A DNA stretch of 64,000 nt. Origin: Sphyrna mokarran. Lineage: Eukaryota. Positions 57,040 to 64,000 of the stretch are shown piece by piece; the stretch's first letter is position 1, and the number at the start of each line of letters is the position of its first letter. The translations under genes were made by a program, and so were the position numbers. Under the pieces are notes generated by a model, which saw only the letters and a program-made list of their open reading frames with translations, searched no databases and was not told where the DNA came from. The stretch is from contig JAGIQG010000026.1 in the NCBI GenBank assembly GCA_024679065.1, positions 21,700,001 to 21,764,000 on the forward strand, in the 5' to 3' direction.

Positions 57040-59335
57040 CTACTGAATGTCACAGCAATACTGAGAGAGGATATTGCTGAGGGTTTGCTCAGAGTCTATA
57101 TGGGTAGAATTGGGAAATCAGAAAGGAGAGATCACTTTGATAGGATTGTACTATAATCCCCCAAATAGTCAGTGGTAAGTTGAGAAACATTTGTAAGGAA
57201 ATTATAGATAATGACAAGAAAAATAAGGTGGTAACTGTAAATTTTCCAACATTGACTGGGATAGTCATAGCATTAGGAGCTTGGATGGAAAGAAATTTGT
57301 GTACTCAGGAGGTATTTCTCATTTAGCACATAGCTGGCCTAATTAGAGAGGGGGCAAAACTTGTCATCTGTCCTTCCTTATTTCCCAAGAGGTCAAGTGT
57401 TAGTGAGGGATCAATTTGGGACCAGTGACCATAATTCCATTAGTTTTAAGATAACTGATACATCAGGCCCAAACGTCAAAATTCTAAATTGGGGCAAGGC
57501 CAGTTTTGATGGTATCAGGCAAGAACTCTCAAAAGTTGATTGGGGAAGTCTTTTATTGGGCAAAGGAACATTTGAAAAGTGGGAGGCTTTCAAAATTAAC
57601 TGGGGGTTCAGGCACACTCCTTTGTAGAGTGAAGGTCAAGGCTGGTAGAAGCAATGAACTGTAGATGACTCAGGATATTGAGATCCTGATCAAAAAGGAG
57701 GTGGCATAGGTAGATGGGATCCAGTGGATGCCTTGAAGCGTATACAGGGTGTCATGGTAAAGCTGAGAAATCAGGAGGACAAAAAGGGGATATAGGATTG
57801 CTTTGATAAGGCAAAGGAGAATCTAAAGAGCTTCTATAAATAATAGGACAAGAATAAGTAGTGAAAGAATATGGCTTCTTAGATGACCTTGTTGATTATG
57901 TGCAGATCCAAAAAATGGGTCAGACCCTAAATGAACCTTTCTCATCAGCCTATTGAGAAAGGCACGAATATTTGGTAATTTGGGGAAATAAATAGTGATG
58001 TCTTGAGGAGTGTACACATTTGAAGAGGAGGGGGTGCTGGAAGTCTTTAAACGCATCAAGTAGATAAATACCCAAGATCTGATCAAGTGTCTCCCAGGAC
58101 ATTGTGGGAGGCTAGAGAGGAAATTGCAGGTCCCTAACAGATACTTGAATCATGAGCAGTCACAAGTGAGGTGCCTGAAGATTTGGGGGTAGCAAATATT
58201 GTGCCTTCTTTTAAAAAGGGCTGTCTGCGAACTACAGACAGGTGAGTTGATGTCTGTTGTGATTAAATTTTTAGGTATTCTGAAACAGGATCTATAGACA
58301 TTTGGAGAGTCAAAGACTGATTAAAGACAGCTTGGCTTTAAGTGTAAGATCATATCTCGCAAACTTGATTTTTTTTTTGAAGGGTAACCAAGAAGGTAGA
58401 TGAGGGCAGTATAATTGATGTTGTTGATATGGACTTTAGCAAGGCCTTTGACAAGGTACCACACTGAGTTGTTGAGCAAGATTAAATCTCATGGAATCCA
58501 AGGTGAGGAAGTGAATTGGATACAAAATTGGTTTGATAACAGAAGACAGAGAATGGTTGTAGAGAGCTGTTTTTCAAACTGGGGGCCAGTGACCAGTGGT
58601 ATGCCTCAGGGAGTGGTGCTGGGCCCATTGTTATTTGTCATTTATAATGATTTTGGTGGGAATTTAGGAGACATGGTTAATTTTGCAGATGTCACCAAGA
58701 TTGATGGCAAAGATTATCTAATATCGCAATTGGGCTAGTGGCAGATGAAGTTTAATTTGGATAAATGCAAGGTGATGCATTTTGATAAATTGAACTAGGG
58801 CAAGATTTACTCATGGTAATGCATTAAGGAGAGTTATAAAACAAAGATCTAGGGATACAAATACATAGCTCCTTGAAAGTGGAGTTCTAGGTAAACAAGG
58901 TGGCAACAAGACATTCTTGTTTCATTGGTCAGAATGTTGAATACAGGAATTGGGATATCTTTTCGGCAAAGTCACACCTGGAATATATGAACAGTTCTGG
59001 CCATCTTATTATGGAAAGAATGCAGAAATGATTTACTAGGATGCTACTGGGGAATTGTTGGTTTGAGTTATAAGGAGAGGCTGGTTAGACTGGGACTTCT
59101 TTCCCTGGAGCACAGGAGATTTGTGGATGATCTTATAGAGGGCCTGTAAAATAATGGGTACTGATATGATAGTCAGTCAACATCTTTTCCCAATGGTCAG
59201 GAAGTCTGAAACTAGATGGCATCAGTTTGAGGAGGAGAGATAGAAAAAGGTCCAATAGGGCAATTTTCCACAAAGGATGGCGAGTGTCTGGAACAAGCTG
59301 CCAGGGTGGTGGTAGAGGCATGTACAACTGTGTTT
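57040..59335 (+). mobile_element. CR1 LINE, about 2.3 kb, decayed (endonuclease to RT end)
   Basis: [53 protein letters not shown]. Confidence 0.88.
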
Positions 59336-59344
59336 GAAAAAAAC

Positions 59345-59920
59345 CCATATCTAAATGCTTTTTAAAAGGGAAATTGTTGGATACATTTGCACTTCCTCAA
59401 ATTAATGTGGATAAAGAGGAATCTGTGGGTATGTTTACTTAAATTTCCAGAAGGTCTTGCATCAAAAAGTTACTATTACACAAAATGAGTTCATGGTGTA
59501 CAGGATAACATGTATCCTGGGTAGGGGATTGGTTAACTACAATGAAACAATAGGGATAAATGTGTTACTTTCAAGTTGACAAGATATTAGAGTGGAACGC
59601 AACAGGAATCAATGCTAGAGCCTCATGTAGGAAAAAGCCTTGTATATTTTGGCAGTAAGACTTTTTTTAAAAAAAAGTAGCACCTTAAGAGATTATAGAA
59701 CTCTTGTTGCACAAAGGGATTAAAGTGTTCTGATGCATAATCACAAAAGGTTAGTGTGCAGGTAGAGCAAGAGATTCAAAAAGCAAATAAGGATGTTTTG
59801 CTACGGCTGCAGAGGATGTTGGTGAGACTATACTTGAAGTACTGTGTGTAGTTTTGGACATAATTGCATTAGAAGCAGTTCAGAAGAGATTCACTGGAGC
59901 GATTCCTGGAATGAAGGCAT
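59345..59920 (+). mobile_element. Old CR1 RT fragment (further CR1 remnant at about 61200-61375)
   Basis: ggtgagactatacttgaagtactgtgtg...gcagttcagaagagattcact. Confidence 0.6.
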
Positions 59921-61190
59921 ACACTAAAAAGTATGTGAGAATTGGTGTGACCTGCTCTTCAATTTTCTGACACACACTTTCTCAAATCGACACAATTCAT
60001 TTATCTAACTGAACAAATTAACTAAACTATTAACAACCAAATAAATCCCTTCTAACTATTACATAATAAAACACCATTGCAATAATATGCTGTTCCAATA
60101 AATACAACTACTCATGAACAAAAATAGAATTTAGTCACTCTCTCTAGTTTACAACCAGGTTTTGTCTTTCAGAATATTCTGGGTCTTCTCTGTTGATTCT
60201 TCTGTTTGGAGCTGCTTTTTCCTTTGGTATCTTTTGCCATCTCAATGATGCTTTCTCTGAGACATAGGTAAAGCTGAGAGCCGACCATTCTCAAGTTGAG
60301 AACTGTTGTCTCTGGCAGGTGGCAATTGCTCTTTTTATCCCACTGCCCCTTTATAGCCGTGACATATCCATATTTCTCACAATAGGGTTGGTCCCAGTTT
60401 GTCAAAATCATCAGATTTAAATTTAATAGTTCTTGGTATCTAAGTGCCTGATTTCAAATTGGCTAAATTCAGAAGCCTGTTGTCTTGGTAAAGGTGCTGT
60501 TTGACCTTTCAAATGCAAATGTTTCAGGGCTGTACATAGGGCTCCCTATGTACTTGCATTTTTATAACACTCAAAGAACAGAAAAGGCACCACTTTGTAA
60601 AAGGACCACATAATGCTTCCCCCAAGAATTTTACAATTTTACCATTCTTATAAATGCCAAATTCTAACTTCCTACTTCTCAACCTATAATACTCTACTCA
60701 ACTTTGCACATAGCCAATCTTCCTTTGTGCTAAATGTGGACCCCTGCCCCTCCTTTATCTTTTTAAAGGTATAGGCTCTTTTGAATGGTATTCAGGTTGT
60801 CCTAGTAGATCATCCAAATTAATGTTTGTTGTGATCTTAAATGCAACTCTGCAATGGGCAGGGGAGTGCGTGTTAAACTTCTAAAATGAGAAACACATCC
60901 CCTTGTCACTGTTTGTACCCATTGCCGTTGTGGTTGGTGGGAAACAAATGTCCTGCCCTTCAGTCGAGACATATTAAATACTGTCAGGTCAGGCTTCCAT
61001 GGGGCAATGTAAAATCTGATTACAAATTAACAGTTTCTGGATAGATTTCTTGGGCTTTTAGAAATGTGGCAATGAAATGGAGGCTGATGCTGTCGGTTCC
61101 AGAAGATGACTGCCCTTTATAACACCCCATTAGAACCACGAGTGTCTTCTCCCTTCCATGCCCCAACAAACCTTGATTGATCTCCCTAGT
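59921..61190 (-). mobile_element. LTR retrotransposon remnant: LTR (about 59921-60610) plus adjacent internal sequence
   Basis: Minus strand PPT-like gggggaagcatta (60623-60611) directly followed by TGTGGTCC; ctataaa TATA-like box inside; inserted among CR1 fragments. Confidence 0.5.
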
Positions 61191-61384
61191 GTAAGTTTAC
61201 AATAATGATGCCTGGATTTGAGAGATTACACACATTTAAGGTTGCATTTACTTGAATTTACAAGATTAGTAGATAATTGTATCAAAATTTTGAGGCTCAT
61301 GATGTAGATAAACTCTTCCTGCTGGTTGGGAATCTGTCTAGAGGTCATAGTTTAAAAATTAGAGTCAAACCTTTCTGTAGTTCC

Positions 61385-62420
61385 TTCATTGTGACTGAAA
61401 CAATTGTGGCAGTGGAAGAATACATTTTCATCTGGAGGTTGGTGATAAGTAGTATTCAATAAGAATCTGTGCTGGGGTCTCTTGTTTGTAACATATACTA
61501 ATGATTTGGAGGAAAATATAGTGGTCTGATTAGTAAATTTGCAGATGAATTAAAAAAAAAAAATCAGTTGATAGTGAGGAGGATTGTCAGTGGATGTAGC
61601 AGCATATAAATAAGCTGGAGACTTGGGCTAAAAGATGGCCAACGGAATTTAACCTGGACAAATGTGAGGTGATGTGATTTGGAAGGCCTACTGCAGAAGG
61701 AAAGTATACAGCAAATGATAGTGTCCTTAGGAATGTCAGTATACAGAGGGGCCTAGGCATGCAGATCCACAGTTCCCTGAAGGTAGCAACTCGGCTGGAT
61801 AAGGTGGTCAAGGAGGTGTATGGCATGCTGGCCTTCGTTGATCAGGGTGTTAAATATAGGAATTGGAAAATCATGTTGCAGCTACGGAAGACTTTAGGCC
61901 ACATTTGGTGTATCGTGTACAATTCTGGTCACCTCATTACTGGAAGAATGTTGAAGCATTGGAAAGGTTTCAGAAGAGATTTACCAGGATGTTGCTTGTT
62001 TTGGAAGATATGGACTATGAAGAAAATTTGAACAAACTTGGATTGTTTTCATTTTGTTGGGGGATGAGGGGGATCTGATAGAGGGTTACAAAATTATGAC
62101 AGGCTTGGATGGAGTGGATCAACAGTTTTTCCCAGGATCAATTACTTGGGGCATGGGCTGTAAGTGAGAGCGGGGAAATTTGAGGCAAGTTTTTCAGGGC
62201 GTGGTGAATGTCTGGAATGCAATACTGGAGGAGACGATGGAAGAAATTCTGTGACAAAGTTCAAGAGACATCTGGATAGATACATGAATAGAGAGGTATG
62301 GACCATGTAGAGACAAGAAAATATTAGGTTACAGAGGCATTTGTATCAGCACAGACTGGGGGGAGGGGGGTGTGGTGGTGCCAAAGGGCCTGTCGTGTTG
62401 CACTGTTCTCTGCTCTTTGA
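61385..62420 (+). mobile_element. CR1 LINE 3' portion
   Basis: IHSSLKVATRLDKVVKEVYGMLAFV, VQFWSPHYWKNVEALERFQKRFTRML; tail ccaaagggcctgtcgtgttgcactgttct. Confidence 0.88.
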
Positions 62421-64000
62421 AACAAACTACTTTTAACAATGCTTTGGGAGTACCTACACCAGTTTGGAGGCTGAATTAACTTAAACTTGCTGATTAAGGT
62501 CCGGGGGACTTTGGTAGCAAGCTATATTGTCAAAGCTTGTACTGGTGGTGTAGGAATTTTGGTGCCTCTTAACTACTTGGAACAGAAATATTGCTGTTCA
62601 AATAAAACTATTACAAAGATTATTTACCAGCCCCAGAGGAAGACTTTCTTGAGCAGTTTCATATTACTGTGGACAGTTATATGCAGGTGTTGACAGTTTG
62701 TGTAATAGATAATAAAATAATCATTTGATGCTGAGTCATCTGATTCCTTAAATATTAATGCTCTCTTGATACCTCGTTTTATGGTAACCATGGTTTGAAT
62801 GCAATACTGACTGTAATGCAGAAATCCAACATTGTCTGATACAATCAAGCAGAAATACATTGATACAAGTATAGGTTTGCTGCTCACAAGGTTTAACTCA
62901 CTCATAATGCACTGTGAATTGTGCACTTGGTCTCTGAAGTTATCAACTGTCAGCTTGTGGTTTAGTTCTAGTTTTAGTCATCCTAGCCCATGTGCTGTCA
63001 AATTTAAATTGCCATTTGCAAGAAATGCAGCACTCACAATTAATACCATGATCTAAGCAATGTGAATGAATGAAAATTTTTTGATGTAGTATTTGTGGTT
63101 GTGTAGTGATTGGAGGTTAATATTTATCCATTCCCCCTCAACTTGTATTGTACAAGAAGTCTGTTTCTATACCTTCTCATGGAAGATACCTCCTCCATTC
63201 TTGTCCTTAGGGTACCAGCATCTCCTCTCTGCTTTAAACAAATGTCCACATTTTAAACAGGAGGGTTGGAAACGATTGCTGATTTCAACTGAAATGAGCC
63301 AGTGTTTCAAATTCAGATGCAATGGAAATGTTGAACATGGCATTTTGAGATCATTCAAAGGCTACCCATCACTACCACAATGGAGATCAACGAACAATGG
63401 ATGAACCTCAGTCTCATTATTGGTGGATCATTAAAACACCACTTAAAGATTGGCATCTTCTTTAACTGATCCCATCCTAACCATTAGAAACAGCCAAATT
63501 ATTTGGGAAAAATTTCCTGGAAAAACCATTTCCTGGCAACGACTCGTATGTAAATGCACTTCTTTGCATATCCAGTGAAGTTGCATTTGCTAATTTAAAA
63601 TTATTGCAGGACAAGAAGACCTTAACTTATAGTCCAGGATAACCTTTTCCTAATCCACTTTTGTGCATTTCTTTTAGAGGCCCTCAGTTCCTTTTCTGGA
63701 AGCTGGAGAGTTTGCCTAATCCTGTCTTTAGTTGGATTCAGTAAAGTAAAATGTACATCAAGGGCAATTGCAGGCACCAGTACTGATTCCTGAGAGACTC
63801 TGCTGCATGTGTTGTCTCAGCCTGACATCCATTGTCTACCTAATTCTAGCTAATACCTTGCCCAGTTCCAAATCTTGCAGGAGGAAATTCACAACTTTGA
63901 GCTTGTTTAGAATCTTTTTGAGTGCAATTTTATTGGAGCTTTCTGGTACCATGTAACTGAATCAAAAAGTCCAGGTTGCTTGGCAGGAAGTATCGTAATA

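Noticed and set aside
56831-64000. Next myosin V exon (exon F or DL.E..EK...KLKKQLK)
   Set aside because: No matching open exon seen; acceptor-like sites near 63609 and 63677 give no myosin-like frame, so it is probably beyond the window.

Overview
Vertebrate genomic DNA. The repeat complement (HE1-type V-SINEs, Deu-SINEs, CR1, L2, Rex1/Babar, RTE, Penelope-like ends) points to a shark or other elasmobranch. The whole window lies inside one + strand class V myosin gene. I can reconstruct 20 phase-compatible coding exons (3513-56830, 2906 nt, about 968 aa) covering the C-terminal half of the motor, the converter, six IQ motifs with 23/25/23/25/23 spacing, and the coiled-coil tail through the exon-E equivalent. 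The gene starts before and ends after the window. The motor is most like MYO5B but is unusual: two GC-AG introns, a one-residue insertion after switch II, substitutions at normally invariant residues, and apparently no PEST exon, no following coiled-coil exon and no exon D. It may therefore be a separate, divergent vertebrate myosin V paralog. The introns hold nested retroelements and several oddities: Penelope-type foldback hairpins with decayed hammerhead ribozyme cores, a short element with a U2 snRNA-derived head, an LTR element with a decayed coiled-coil ORF and no visible pol, two local 200-270 bp segments copied into CR1 tails about 550 bp away, V-SINEs with different 3' tails, and a perfect 20-bp VNTR beside a splice acceptor. 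Exon coordinates were counted base by base; repeat boundaries are approximate. Comparisons to MYO5A/B/C and repeat consensuses are from memory, not from searches.
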